Notes under the pieces: model-generated
Databases searched by the model: none
Told to the model about the DNA's origin: nothing
What the model saw: only the letters and a program-made list of their open reading frames with translations
Made by a program: the position numbers and the translations under genes
From: Pseudomonadota bacterium
Lineage (GTDB): Bacteria > Bdellovibrionota_B > Oligoflexia > Oligoflexales > CAIMVM01
Direction of reading: 5' to 3'
DNA: 64,000 nt
Assembly (NCBI GenBank): GCA_037142195.1
Contig: JBAXBA010000010.1
Span: 2,580-66,579 of the forward strand
Shown: one piece after another, positions 19,901-29,023 of the stretch
How positions within the stretch are numbered: the stretch's first letter is position 1
How the letters are laid out: the number at the start of each line of letters is the position of its first letter

Positions 19901-22900
19901 GGTAGTTCCCGTAAACGAAAGACCGGTGGGACATTGCGCACGACAGGACGCCGTTAAAGCATCTCCGTCGACATCGGTTGCATTCATAGCTAGGGAGTAC
20001 GGTTGCGACTTTTCAAGAGGGATATTGCTTGTCCCGACCAAAATGGGCGCATCATTAACTGCAGATATATTAATGCTAAACATTTTAGAATCAGAGGTAC
20101 CGTAAGCAGTAGTAACGGTGAACATAAAAGTTGCTACCCCGTTGAAGTTGGAAGCAGGGGTATAATTGACTGTGCAAACACCCGAACCGTTACAGGAAAA
20201 AGCTCCGTCGAGAATTCCAGAAGAAAGAAGATCGACGCTAATGCCCGTCGCTACGTCGCCGTCCGCATCAAGATAGCCTAGGCCCGCGCCCGATTTAATT
20301 GTCAGAACCATGCCAGTGTCTTCAACTCCTGAAATCGTCATGTTATTTGCAATAACATCGGCATCCAGAATTTGAACTGATGAAGAAACATCAGAAGCAA
20401 TGCCGCCATTTCCGTCTGTAACGGTCCTCGTACATCTTATAAAATTATGGGCATCTGCCACACCAATAACTAACGAACCTGATCCATTTACTGTCCCGGC
20501 TGCATTAGCCCAGGGACCAGTAGCAGAGGCGGAGGTCTGGAACGAACTCACATAAGTTAACGTGTCGCCATCTACATCAGTGCTTGTACCTGAGCAGCTT
20601 ATGGTTTTGCCAACTTGAAGACCTTGAGCAGCAAGTACAGCAACTCCAGCAGGAACCGTTGGATTGTCATTTACGGAGGCTACGTTTAAAGTAAAGGAGT
20701 CGGAGGCATTACCAGAAGAATCATCAGTTATAGTTAAAGTAACCGTTGAAGTCCCAAACTGATTGGCTGCAGGACTCAAGCTAAGCAAACAATTTGGCGC
20801 CGTACCTGTCACTTGAATATTCCCCAGTGGCAAAAGAACAGAATTGCTACTTGCGGCGGTGACTGAAGTACTGCAATTTAATGGGCCATCAATGTCGACA
20901 ATAGTAAACGATATACCAGAAAGATTGGTATCTTCATTAGTCGACTGATTTACTATATCTGAAATAACTGGCAAATCATTTACTGGAGTAATCGACAAAT
21001 TGAAGCTTTTTGAAGACGTTAAAAAACCGTCTGAAACCGTTAAAGTAATTGATACTGAGCCAAACGCATTTAAATTAGGTGAAATATTAGCAAAGCAGTT
21101 TGGCCATGCACCCGAAAAGACAACTCCTCCTGAAGCGGAAACCGCAGCTGTCGAGCTTGAGACATAAGACAATGAAGTTGTACATGACAAAACGCTATCA
21201 ATATCGGTGATGGAAATGGGAAAGGATACCGATTGGTCTTCGGAGACCACCTGATCAGAAATCGGTGCCAAAATTGGCGCATCATTGACACTATTGACTG
21301 TCAATTGGAAATAACTAGAAGACCACAGCCCAAGGGTGTCCGATACGGCTAAAGTTATCTGTGAGCTGCCATTTAAATTGGCCGCAGGACTTACACTCAT
21401 CAGACAATTTGGAGCAGAACCTGTAACTACTATATTTCCAACAGGAATTAAACTTGAGTCGCTACTTGCAACTGTCACAGAAGAAGCACAGTTTAATGTG
21501 CTATCCACATCCGTAATCGTAAATGCTACGCCTGTTAATGACGAATCTTCATTTATAGTCTTATCTGAAATTGACGAAATGACGGGAGCATCGTTAACAG
21601 AAACAACCGTTAAATTGAATGTTCGCGACCCTGTCAAGGACCCGTCAGTCACGGTAAATGTAAGATCTGCATTGCCAAATGCATTTAATGCCGGAGAAAT
21701 ATTAGCAAAACAATTTGGCCAAGTTCCTGTAAATGCAACCGCTCCGGTTGAAGAAACAATCGAATAATTATTTGATGTATAAGATAGCGATGTGGTACAA
21801 ACCAAAGCACTGTCAACATCGGCTATGGAAACAGGTATCGTTAAGGTCTGGTCCTCAGACACCACCTGAGCAGAGATAGCTTGTATGGTCGGTGCGTCGT
21901 TCACGCTGTTTACTGTCACCTGGAATGCACTGCTAGACGTCGCCCCAGAAGAGTCGGCAACCGTAACATTGATCTGAGAGCTGCCGCTTAAGTTAGAAGC
22001 CGGCGCTAAGTCTAAGAGGCAATTAGGTGCCGTACCAGACAAAATCATACCAGAGACGGGAAGAAGCGTCGAATTCGAAGAGGTGATGGAAACCGAAGTT
22101 TGGCAATTTAAAGAATCTTCAACATCTGAAATCGTAAACGTTACACCAGCTAATGTTATATCTTCGTTTACGCTCTTATCTGAGATTGTCGAAATTAGAG
22201 GGACATCATTAACTGAAGTCACGCTCAAATTAAAACTTCTCGATGCAGTCAAAGTTCCGTCTGAAACCGTAATAGTGATTCCTGCGAGCCCAAAGGCATT
22301 TAGAGCTGGAGAAATATTAGCAGAACAATTTGGCCAAGTACCTGTAAATGCAATCCCTCCGGTTGAAGAAACAAGGGAAGAATTGCCTGAAGTATAAGAC
22401 AAAGATGTCATACAATCCAAGGCACTATCGATATCAGAAATAGAAATGGGCACATTAACCATTTGGTCTTCTATGACCACTTGATCAGGAATAACGTCGA
22501 TAGTCGGCGCATCATTTACACTTTCGACCACCAACTCAAACGAGCTTGAGGAGCTAGAACCTGAAGAATCAGTTACCGTTAAAATCACCTGAGAGTTGCC
22601 ATATGTATTAAATGTCGGAGAAAGGCTCACGAAACAATTTGGTGCCGTACCAGTAAGAACGATTCCCGAAACAGGTAACAGGCTTGTGTTAGAAGAAGAA
22701 ATTGAAACTGAACTCTGACAATTCAGGACATCATCAACATCTGAAATGCTAAAAGACACCGCGCTTAGGGTGCTAGACTCAGTTACATTCTTATCAGTAA
22801 TTGACGAAATTACGGGCAAATCATTTACTGGCGATACAGTTAATTGAAAACTCCGTGATGCTGCCAGAGAACCATCCGTCACAATTACCGTGATCGCAGC

Positions 22901-24568
22901 TGATCCGAAAGCATTTGGGTTTGGCGTAATTAAAGCTGAACAGTTTGGCCAAGTTCCAGAAAAGGAAACTCCCCCTGATGCCGAAACAACGGAAAGATCG
23001 CTCGATGTATAGGACAAAGAGGTCGTACACACCAAGGTGCTGTCAATATCCCCAATAGACATAGGCACTGCAACAGAATGATCCTCTAAGGTCATTTGGT
23101 CCGCTATGAAAGCCACCGTTGGGGCATCGTTAACGCTATTTACAACAACTTGAAATAAACTGGAGGCAGTTGCTCCAGCTGAGTCAGCAACAGTTACATT
23201 GATCAGAGAATTCCCGCTTAAATTCGCCAAGGGACTCATGCTCAAAAGGCAATTCGGAGCCGTACCAGAAAGGCTGATTGCACTTAAGGGCAAAAGATCC
23301 GTATTTGATGATGAAATAGAAACTGAAGTTATACAGCTAAGGGTGTCATCCACATCTGATATACTGAAAGAAACACCACTTAGTACGCTATCCTCATCAA
23401 ATTTTCTATCCGCAATCGAAGAAATCACCGGAATGTCATTTACTGGTGCGATGGACACATTGAAACTTTGGGATGTAGAAAGCTCCCCATCGGTCACGAA
23501 TAGAGAGATACTCACCGATCCATTCGCATTTAAACTAGGCAAAATATTTGCCTGGCAATTTGGCCATGTACCTGAAAATACAACTCCTCCTGATGCAGCA
23601 ATTTTACTTGGCTGACTTGAAATGTAAGAAATCGAAGTTCCACAATCTAGACTGTTATCCACATCCGACATGAAAATCGGTATTGAGAGGGACTGGTCTT
23701 CTAAAACGACCTGATCGGCTACCAATTGAAGAATTGGTGCATCGTTAACGGGCGTCACCACCACCGTTGCCAAGGCAGGAGTTGAAAAAGAAGAGTAAGA
23801 AGTATTTACGGTATATTCAAAAGTTCCATTTCCATTGAGATTTAGACTAGGCGTAAAGAGATTAGTACAAATACCGTTATCACAAGTCCAGCTGCCTAGG
23901 GTGCCACCTACAGCTTGCCCCGAAGTCACGCTTATAAGACCATCAAGATCGTCGTCCACATACCCATTTCCAAGACTGATCGACACTGCTACAGGAGTAT
24001 CTTCCACGGTTGAAAAAGCGACCGCTTGGACAACAGGAACGGAGTCTTTTATCTCAGTGCCCAGTGAACTGGAAATAGTGGCTAGGCCCATCTCATCAAT
24101 TGCTCGAATGCGACATTTAATAAATTTATGAGCATGCGTCGATGTCAGTACGGTATTTCCAGAATCAGCAATCAATCCCGAGTAGGCTTCCCATGGTCCA
24201 TCTAGAGAGTTAGCCTCAAACCAAACTCTTTGATAGGTTAACTGCTTGCTTCGGCTGCTCGACGTAACTCCCTCACAACTTAGCTCACTCGTTACCTTAA
24301 CCTCACCCTGGTTAGACACGAGTTGCACTTCAAATGGAGCTGGAGGAGTTGGGGCTTTAGAGCCGCCGGAAACGTCTATGGCGCCGCCACTCGCTGAATC
24401 CACCGTTTCTACTGAAGAAATGGGATCTTCGGTTGTGGACGAACTATCTACCGTCTGAGCAGCATCTTTTTTGGAGCAAGCCACAAAAGAGTTCGCCAGA
24501 CTGAGAAAAGTTAATAATTTGAACAAAAAAGACAATTTTACCATCCCCTGAGTCTTGTTGTGGCTCAT
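16955..24568 (-). CDS. Giant (2537 aa) putative surface lipoprotein: VNDAP-type cadherin-like tandem domains plus a C-terminal ELWxxDGT-type repeat array
   Basis: Has a signal peptide with a lipobox-like FVAC at residues 28-31. About 11 domains of ~100 aa each end in (S/P)VND(A/L/I/V/N)P. The C-terminal ~800 aa contain about 16 copies of ...(E/D)LW.SDGT.AGT.LVKDI..G..SS.P.... An alternative start is ATG 24544. Confidence 0.85.
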   Translation of the reverse strand: MSHNKTQGMVKLSFLFKLLTFLSLANSFVACSKKDAAQTVDSSSTTEDPISSVETVDSASGGAIDVSGGSKAPTPPAPFEVQLVSNQGEVKVTSELSCEGVTSSSRSKQLTYQRVWFEANSLDGPWEAYSGLIADSGNTVLTSTHAHKFIKCRIRAIDEMGLATISSSLGTEIKDSVPVVQAVAFSTVEDTPVAVSISLGNGYVDDDLDGLISVTSGQAVGGTLGSWTCDNGICTNLFTPSLNLNGNGTFEYTVNTSYSSFSTPALATVVVTPVNDAPILQLVADQVVLEDQSLSIPIFMSDVDNSLDCGTSISYISSQPSKIAASGGVVFSGTWPNCQANILPSLNANGSVSISLFVTDGELSTSQSFNVSIAPVNDIPVISSIADRKFDEDSVLSGVSFSISDVDDTLSCITSVSISSSNTDLLPLSAISLSGTAPNCLLSMSPLANLSGNSLINVTVADSAGATASSLFQVVVNSVNDAPTVAFIADQMTLEDHSVAVPMSIGDIDSTLVCTTSLSYTSSDLSVVSASGGVSFSGTWPNCSALITPNPNAFGSAAITVIVTDGSLAASRSFQLTVSPVNDLPVISSITDKNVTESSTLSAVSFSISDVDDVLNCQSSVSISSSNTSLLPVSGIVLTGTAPNCFVSLSPTFNTYGNSQVILTVTDSSGSSSSSSFELVVESVNDAPTIDVIPDQVVIEDQMVNVPISISDIDSALDCMTSLSYTSGNSSLVSSTGGIAFTGTWPNCSANISPALNAFGLAGITITVSDGTLTASRSFNLSVTSVNDVPLISTISDKSVNEDITLAGVTFTISDVEDSLNCQTSVSITSSNSTLLPVSGMILSGTAPNCLLDLAPASNLSGSSQINVTVADSSGATSSSAFQVTVNSVNDAPTIQAISAQVVSEDQTLTIPVSIADVDSALVCTTSLSYTSNNYSIVSSTGAVAFTGTWPNCFANISPALNAFGNADLTFTVTDGSLTGSRTFNLTVVSVNDAPVISSISDKTINEDSSLTGVAFTITDVDSTLNCASSVTVASSDSSLIPVGNIVVTGSAPNCLMSVSPAANLNGSSQITLAVSDTLGLWSSSYFQLTVNSVNDAPILAPISDQVVSEDQSVSFPISITDIDSVLSCTTSLSYVSSSTAAVSASGGVVFSGAWPNCFANISPNLNAFGSVSITLTVSDGFLTSSKSFNLSITPVNDLPVISDIVNQSTNEDTNLSGISFTIVDIDGPLNCSTSVTAASSNSVLLPLGNIQVTGTAPNCLLSLSPAANQFGTSTVTLTITDDSSGNASDSFTLNVASVNDNPTVPAGVAVLAAQGLQVGKTISCSGTSTDVDGDTLTYVSSFQTSASATGPWANAAGTVNGSGSLVIGVADAHNFIRCTRTVTDGNGGIASDVSSSVQILDADVIANNMTISGVEDTGMVLTIKSGAGLGYLDADGDVATGISVDLLSSGILDGAFSCNGSGVCTVNYTPASNFNGVATFMFTVTTAYGTSDSKMFSINISAVNDAPILVGTSNIPLEKSQPYSLAMNATDVDGDALTASCRAQCPTGLSFTGTTLNWTPAEADLGSRTITIRVTDSGGLYSENSFSFTVVDTVPPVAPTLTSMSVIPPANNLIFNLLGTAEANATVKIFKSNNCTGSPLLSLPSATFNTSGAEISLTVHEIYTQYSALSEDSSSNSSACSASLSYIRQATSLAQFNGSEGSSLPDKAVEHLGKFYFAADNFIAGRELWVFDPATQTSSLVADLEPAGSSSPTNLVSIGSYLYFSANTNSNGRELYRTDGTSAGTIRLADLCTGTCSSNPTLPVALNGKAYFGASTTTYGNELLVSDGTTGGTTLVKDIRSGTSSSTPLFITEINGKLWMQATGATGGIELYTSNGTAAGTTFVLDINTTSNSSPQAFAPVTGGVVFQATTVANGAELWFSDGTAAGTVLVMDIGPGTVSSTPSNMVPLNGKVYFAATTTATGRELWVTDGTASGTSMVLDINAGTASGSPTTIIPALGKLFFQATTAAAGQEPWISDGTAAGTFLLKDIRAGTTGSVPTNFAATSNRIYMSADTLSNRELWVSDGTSAGTIQYDIYSGSSGFTGSTYWITATSFGALFQGTNATVGSELFQFKESNSTASLASNIALPGAIVPKSLVMMNGVAYFVADDGINGSELWAYNGTSANMVLDICPGSCSSSITSLIAYGSKLYFAATTTASGNEPWVSDGTAAGTFMLSNLSTTTGSSSPSGFVGMGSSVYFVATSSAAGKELYKTDGTTAGTVIVKDIRSGTASSSPTNPVVAGSTLYFQANDLTYGAELWKSDGTSAGTVLVSDFVAGSGSSSPVNITALGSKVVFGATTTAAGVELFVSDGSTVSLVSDLVAGTGSSSPANFTVFGGKAYFTATTTATGVELFVTDGTTAGTSLVKDIYSGTSSSSPSSLVATSTAIYFRATTATQGTEIWKSDGTSAGTVLVKDIAAGTLSSTPSSLVALGDSVYFTANDASNGFDLYQIRGTDTIRVFDNISQTVTVPSFVEGAGRVYFFGTVGAGVPALLSW
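16990..19400 (-). repeat. ELWxxDGT-type ~48-aa protein repeat array (about 16 copies)
   Basis: Recurrent GRELWVSDGTSAGT, AELWKSDGTSAGTVLV and VELFVTDGTTAGTSLVKDI segments. They match the ELWxxDGT repeat family (TIGR04534) as I recall it. Confidence 0.8.
20660..23750 (-). repeat. Five tandem 615-bp (205-aa) two-domain units inside the giant gene
   Basis: The WPNC-encoding string CA(A/G)TTTGGCC recurs at 21096, 21711, 22326, 22941 and 23556, an exact 615-bp spacing. The APNC-encoding ACAATT recurs at the same period (for example 20789 and 21404). Confidence 0.9.
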
Positions 24569-24903
24569 CGGCAGAAGAGATAAAAACTAGACTAGAAATA
24601 CAAAAATTCACCTAGGCGGAATTTTGTGCAACATAAATCAATATTTACACAAGACATGACGAGGAGTTTCAGTGCTTAATTCACGATTGCGACTAATCGA
24701 GTGTGACTGAGAGTGGTCAATAAGCCAGGCTATCCCAGAGAAAGCTGGAAAAACTGCGTGAAAGAAGGCCGATCAGTTATGGAATCTTAAAGCCAAACCA
24801 AGAAAAATAACGCAATTACAGTTACTTAGAGGTTGTTGGAAAGGAATGGGAGGCAACAGATGAACCTCACCTAGAGCTTTGCCTGAATTGAGTTCTCAAA
24901 AAC

Positions 24904-24940
24904 CAAATAAAAAAGTTGACCCGTTTTTTCGGATCAACTT
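24904..24940 (-). terminator. Rho-independent terminator after fliW (end of the flagellar block)
   Basis: On the minus strand AAGTTGATCCG-AAAAAA-CGGGTCAACTT forms an 11-bp stem with one G-U pair, followed by TTTTTATTT. It lies about 40 nt after the fliW stop. Confidence 0.8.
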
Positions 24941-24977
24941 CTTGGAAAAACAAAAGGTTTCAGACTAGCAGAATAAT

Positions 24978-25505
24978 CTACTTTGCCACCTTATCAACTT
25001 GAGTTTCGTAGGCTTCTTTTGCAACTGCAGATGCAGCTTGGGCTTCTTCGATAGCAGATTGAGACGCAAACTTTTTCATCTCTTCCATGATGCTGTGGCG
25101 AGTCGTATAGGTATTTGCACTTAAAATGATTTGTTTGCCTTTTCGATTCTTTAAATTAAAGACAAGGGGAGCTTTGAGATTGGCAGTCATATTTTGTGGA
25201 TTAGAAGGCATCGTAACAATAACTGAAATAACGGCATCATCTTCGTTTTCTAGGGTAAGGTCAGAAACCTCGGCATCAGTTACTTCAACTTCATAGTCAG
25301 GTTTGAATAACAAAGGATTGATAAGCACAAAAGCAATAGAACCATCGTCCAATGACTGAAGCCACTTGAATGGCGATTCTTTGTCATGATCTAAAAGCAA
25401 ATAACGCTTTAACTCGGGAAAGCCAATAAGCCCTTGAGGAAGCTCGATCACCTCAGTGTCTCGAATCTCAATTTCGCCAAACCTAGACGTAGTTACCTTA
25501 TTCAA
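24978..25505 (-). CDS. fliW: Flagellar assembly factor FliW (CsrA antagonist)
   Basis: Has FGEIEI..., LIGFPELKRYLLL and PFKWLQSLDD motifs. I prefer the TTG start at 25505 (AAAGGAG 6 nt upstream, giving MNKVTTSRFGEIEI...). The ORF-track GTG at 25523 is the alternative. Confidence 0.85.
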   Translation of the reverse strand: MNKVTTSRFGEIEIRDTEVIELPQGLIGFPELKRYLLLDHDKESPFKWLQSLDDGSIAFVLINPLLFKPDYEVEVTDAEVSDLTLENEDDAVISVIVTMPSNPQNMTANLKAPLVFNLKNRKGKQIILSANTYTTRHSIMEEMKKFASQSAIEEAQAASAVAKEAYETQVDKVAK

Positions 25506-25673
25506 ATCCGGCTCCTTTTGCACACGTGCAGGCCACCTTAAAAATAACTTTCCCAGGTATGCTGCTGGACGTTTTTTGCATTGATCTGATTGCTCTAGGT
25601 AATAGCCTACACCAATTCTATCAAGAGAATCAAGAGTTTTGGATTTAAAAAAGCAAATGACCTTAAAGCCAAG

Positions 25674-25994
25674 CTACTCTTCGTTTTCATCGATATCATG
25701 AGAAGAGACCCGGATACGCTTTTTGAGTACAGTCTTTGAAAGTTGAGGTCCAGCACCCGTAAGCCCAGCAGATTCTGCCGCCCTAGAGCCGGCCATTAAA
25801 TCGTCTGTTGAAGATTGAGAGGCGCTTTGGTTCTCATCCTGAATACGCTGATAGACTTCTTCGCGATGCACCAAAGTGTTGGGCCCTGCCTTTATACCAA
25901 GGCGCACCTGCTTCCCTTTTACTTGCATCACTATAATTTTGATGTCGTCGCCAATAGAAATGGCTTCACCAATTTTTCTTGTTAGAACTAACAA
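25674..25994 (-). CDS. csrA: Carbon storage regulator CsrA, long form (106 aa)
   Basis: The canonical core (M)[50 protein letters not shown] starts at TTG 25994. GAGGAGGG lies 7 nt upstream at 26002-26009. The ORF-track start at 26072 adds 26 non-homologous residues. About 45 aa of acidic/polar C-terminal tail extend beyond the core. Confidence 0.9.
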   Translation of the reverse strand: MLVLTRKIGEAISIGDDIKIIVMQVKGKQVRLGIKAGPNTLVHREEVYQRIQDENQSASQSSTDDLMAGSRAAESAGLTGAGPQLSKTVLKKRIRVSSHDIDENEE

Positions 25995-26092
25995 CGAACA
26001 GCCCTCCTCGGCAGATTTAACCATACCTGGTTCGATTTCGCGTGTTTTACTGCATAGAGGGAGTAATTTCAACCCAATTCATAACGGCAGGT

Positions 26093-26992
26093 CTATTGCA
26101 AGAAATTCATGAGGGAAGGCTGAAGAAGCTTATTCGACGCCATAAGTGTGCTCTGAAGCGCGGTTTCCATTCTTTTGTAGTCGCTGGTCGCCTCATAAAT
26201 ATCAGCATCTTCTATCTTACTGACGGTGTCTGTTTGATGATCACGCTGAAGTTCAATACGACTTTCCGTCGCGCTCAGGGCAGCCCAAGTGGCGCCTATA
26301 TTAGCTTGAATCGAAGCCGCCTTCTCAAGGTGGAACTTAATCTCATCGACCGCGCGAGTGATTCCGACCTTGTCATTTCCTTCAAGGGCATCCTTAAGAA
26401 GCTCAAGGGAAGTGATCATCGCAAAGTGCCCGGCCCTCTCTTCCTCTGGGGTGGCTTCAAATAGGGTCCGCCCCTCTAAATTAATCTGCCTAAATTTGCC
26501 GTCGGCAATCTCTGTAAAAATGGCACCGTCATCTCCTAAAAAATTACCCTCTTTGGAAATTGCCGGAGAATCATTTCTGAACCCTGAAAATACATAGCGA
26601 TTATTAAAATTGGAGTTTCCAAGGTTTACGACTTCATCGATAATTTCCTTAACCTCACGAGAAACTGCCAAGCGAGAGTCTGGACCATAGGTATCGTTGG
26701 CCATCCCAACAGAAATCTCATGAGCTCGTTGGAGACGGTCACTGATACCAGAAATTGCGGCTTCCGACACTTCGACAAATCCCTTGGAAAATCCTATGTT
26801 GTTCAAATAATCCTTCAAATTTCGAATGGATTGCCGGCCTTTAATTATTTTGGTCACGCCTACCGGATCATCCTCAAGTCTATTAATACGCTTTTGAGAA
26901 GAAATGACTTCCATAGCGTCCGTATTTCGCCTTTTGGCCAACTCCATGCGCTCTGTGGCGATATCATAACGTTGTTTTTCAGAAACCCTCAA
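26093..26992 (-). CDS. flgL: Flagellar hook-associated protein 3 (hook-filament junction)
   Basis: 299 aa with flagellin-family N- and C-terminal helices (MRVSEKQRYD..., ...LLQPSLMNFLQ). It lies immediately after flgK. TTG start with GAGG 6 nt upstream. Confidence 0.85.
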   Translation of the reverse strand: MRVSEKQRYDIATERMELAKRRNTDAMEVISSQKRINRLEDDPVGVTKIIKGRQSIRNLKDYLNNIGFSKGFVEVSEAAISGISDRLQRAHEISVGMANDTYGPDSRLAVSREVKEIIDEVVNLGNSNFNNRYVFSGFRNDSPAISKEGNFLGDDGAIFTEIADGKFRQINLEGRTLFEATPEEERAGHFAMITSLELLKDALEGNDKVGITRAVDEIKFHLEKAASIQANIGATWAALSATESRIELQRDHQTDTVSKIEDADIYEATSDYKRMETALQSTLMASNKLLQPSLMNFLQ

Positions 26993-27000
26993 TGGTTACC

Positions 27001-28425
27001 TCAGCGTTTCATATTTAAAATGGTGTCAAACATTTCATCTACTGTCGTAATCACCTTTGAAGATGCGGTAAACGCGGTCTGCCACTTAATCATATTGGCA
27101 GCTTCCTCATCCAAGGAAACTCCCGAAATCATTTCCTTTCGTCCTTTAAGTTCAGCCAGCATAATTTTGTCTGTATCTCTGGCATGACTCGACCTTACAA
27201 CCTCAGTCCCTAGCACCCCGACAAAATTAGCATAGTAGTCATTGAACGAAGCATTTCCGTCTTCCATCAGCTTTTTTGACTTGAGGCCAAGAAGCTCATT
27301 CGCAATGACATTGTCCCCCCGGGCATTAGGAGAGCTTGCCACTGAAATCGCGTCCGTTGAAGATTGAATCAAATTGGAAATTTCGATTTCCGCAGCTGCG
27401 TTTGCAGGGTCTCTTACATTTTCAAAGAATCCACGGCCTATGGAATCGGCAAATTGGTTGAGCCCAAAACCCTGCTGATGAATGTCGTTTACGCTTTTTA
27501 TAAAGACTGATGCCAACTCGTTATTTCTTTGTAAAAGAGGCTTGGCCACGTCATCTCGCACATAAAGCAAGGCCTTTACCTCACCACTCTTAACTTTGTC
27601 AGTGACATCCCACGATTTGCCGCCCCCTGGCTCGGTATTTACCAACCGAAACATGCCCCCGTCATCTCCATTAATTTGACATTCCATAGTACTTGCAAAT
27701 CTGCGATCAACTAGCAGAGTTTCGCCAGGACCTCTTAAGCACATCATGCCATCTTTGTCTTGGTAATATGAGACATCCATAATAGACGAAAGCTTGGAAA
27801 CGAGTCGATCCTGCTGATCTCGCAAATCATTTGCCGATGCAGATGGAGTCAATTCCATAGCTTGAATGGAAACATTTAGCTTCGCAATCTGCCCGGTAAT
27901 ATCGTTGATCTCTTGGGTACGGGCGGCAATAGTGTCATTTATGGAAGCTCTTTTTTCTTTGATTTCGTTGTCTACGCGCCTGAATGATGCTGAAACATTG
28001 TTAGCCTGATCGACAAGCACTGTTCTTGCAGTCAAATCATCAGGAGTACTGCTAAGAGACTGGAGAGCACCAAAAAAACCAGACATTTCCTCAGCTACAG
28101 TTGATTCAAGTTCGGGACTAAATATCAATTGAAAATCTTGGAGATTGTCATACAACTTATCTGAATAACCATTCTTGGTAGTCGCTTTAGTCACCTGTTT
28201 TTCGATAAACTGATCATGAGCCCTTTTTATTGAGCCTACGTAAACGCCATCACCAATAACAAGTCCATTTCTTGATATGGGATTCTTTTGGGCTAGATTT
28301 ACATCCTGACGACTGTAGCCATCAGTTTGGGCATTAGCGATGTTATGAGCCGTCGTGTCGATACCCTGACGATTCGACATAAGCGATTCGCTACCGATAT
28401 TTAGGGAATGACTGAGGCTCGCCAT
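27001..28425 (-). CDS. flgK: Flagellar hook-associated protein 1
   Basis: Has the N-terminal rod/hook family motif HNIANAQTDGYSRQ and the conserved C-terminal helix ...AANMIKWQTAFTASSKVITTVDEMFDTILNM. Confidence 0.9.
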   Translation of the reverse strand: MASLSHSLNIGSESLMSNRQGIDTTAHNIANAQTDGYSRQDVNLAQKNPISRNGLVIGDGVYVGSIKRAHDQFIEKQVTKATTKNGYSDKLYDNLQDFQLIFSPELESTVAEEMSGFFGALQSLSSTPDDLTARTVLVDQANNVSASFRRVDNEIKEKRASINDTIAARTQEINDITGQIAKLNVSIQAMELTPSASANDLRDQQDRLVSKLSSIMDVSYYQDKDGMMCLRGPGETLLVDRRFASTMECQINGDDGGMFRLVNTEPGGGKSWDVTDKVKSGEVKALLYVRDDVAKPLLQRNNELASVFIKSVNDIHQQGFGLNQFADSIGRGFFENVRDPANAAAEIEISNLIQSSTDAISVASSPNARGDNVIANELLGLKSKKLMEDGNASFNDYYANFVGVLGTEVVRSSHARDTDKIMLAELKGRKEMISGVSLDEEAANMIKWQTAFTASSKVITTVDEMFDTILNMKR

Positions 28426-28428
28426 AAT

Positions 28429-29013
28429 TTACGCCTTTGTTACAAAGTACGACAAGGAATGGGACTTCTTCTTTTGCCCTTGAGAATTGTACCCACTTGA
28501 CTCTCGAGAAAGCAAATCTCGCCAAAACAGATAACTCTCTCGATGGCTTTCCAAGAGCTTGCTCATCAAAATCACATTTCGTTCTATTTTAGGTTTGACC
28601 ACAATCTGCAAAGCAAGCAATTGATCCGTAACTTTCGAATAGTCAGATAGAGTAAAATCTACTACAGATTTCTCAAAAGCCTTTACCTCAAAGGAAGTCA
28701 TGGCCCAATATTTAAAAGCCATAGCACGCATCGAAGAAAGGGTCTCACCCTGAACCTCTTCAATCCCTTTATCTCTGCATTGTTCTAAAAGCGCACCTGC
28801 TGCTTTAAAAAGGATGTCATATAAATCGGAAAATTGACGGCTAATTTCCTCTTTCCGCGCTACTATCGGCTCATATTGAGCAATGGAGTGCTCGACAATG
28901 ATAGACTCTTCCTCTTCTAACACGCCTAGGAATTGGCTTAAGTTCAAGGCTAGTTTTCGCGATGCGTCTTGAACCGTTGTCAGCCAACTACCAAAAGAAA
29001 AAGAATTTTTCAT
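28429..29013 (-). CDS. FlgN-like flagellar export chaperone (positional call)
   Basis: A 194-aa helical protein between flgM and flgK, which is the usual flgN slot. Sequence similarity is weak by eye. Confidence 0.5.
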   Translation of the reverse strand: MKNSFSFGSWLTTVQDASRKLALNLSQFLGVLEEEESIIVEHSIAQYEPIVARKEEISRQFSDLYDILFKAAGALLEQCRDKGIEEVQGETLSSMRAMAFKYWAMTSFEVKAFEKSVVDFTLSDYSKVTDQLLALQIVVKPKIERNVILMSKLLESHRESYLFWRDLLSRESSGYNSQGQKKKSHSLSYFVTKA

Positions 29014-29023
29014 ATGTCACCTC

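Noticed and set aside
17000-24500. Many 60-145-aa ORFs on both strands inside the giant gene (for example 19668-20105 +, 21336-21767 +, 23199-23615 +, 18910-19146 -)
   Set aside because: They are shadow frames of a long, repeat-rich CDS. They have no SDs and a biased composition that mirrors the sense frame, and they repeat with the same 615-bp period.
16955-24568. Whether the giant repeat gene is a diversity-generating retroelement target or a phase-variable locus
   Set aside because: The window has no reverse transcriptase, no template repeat, no invertible-promoter inverted repeats and no homopolymer or short-SSR tract at the 5' end.
25524-25560. A possible sigma-54 element TGGCCTGCACGTGCA upstream of fliW
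   Set aside because: The GG-to-GC spacing is 9 nt rather than 10 nt, so it does not fit the -24/-12 geometry.
28863-28870. GCCGATAG sigma-28-like -10 boxes inside the flgN-like gene (28863-70) and inside flgG (33244-51)
   Set aside because: Both are 7/8 matches within coding sequence with no TAAA-like -35 at the right spacing. That is compatible with chance.
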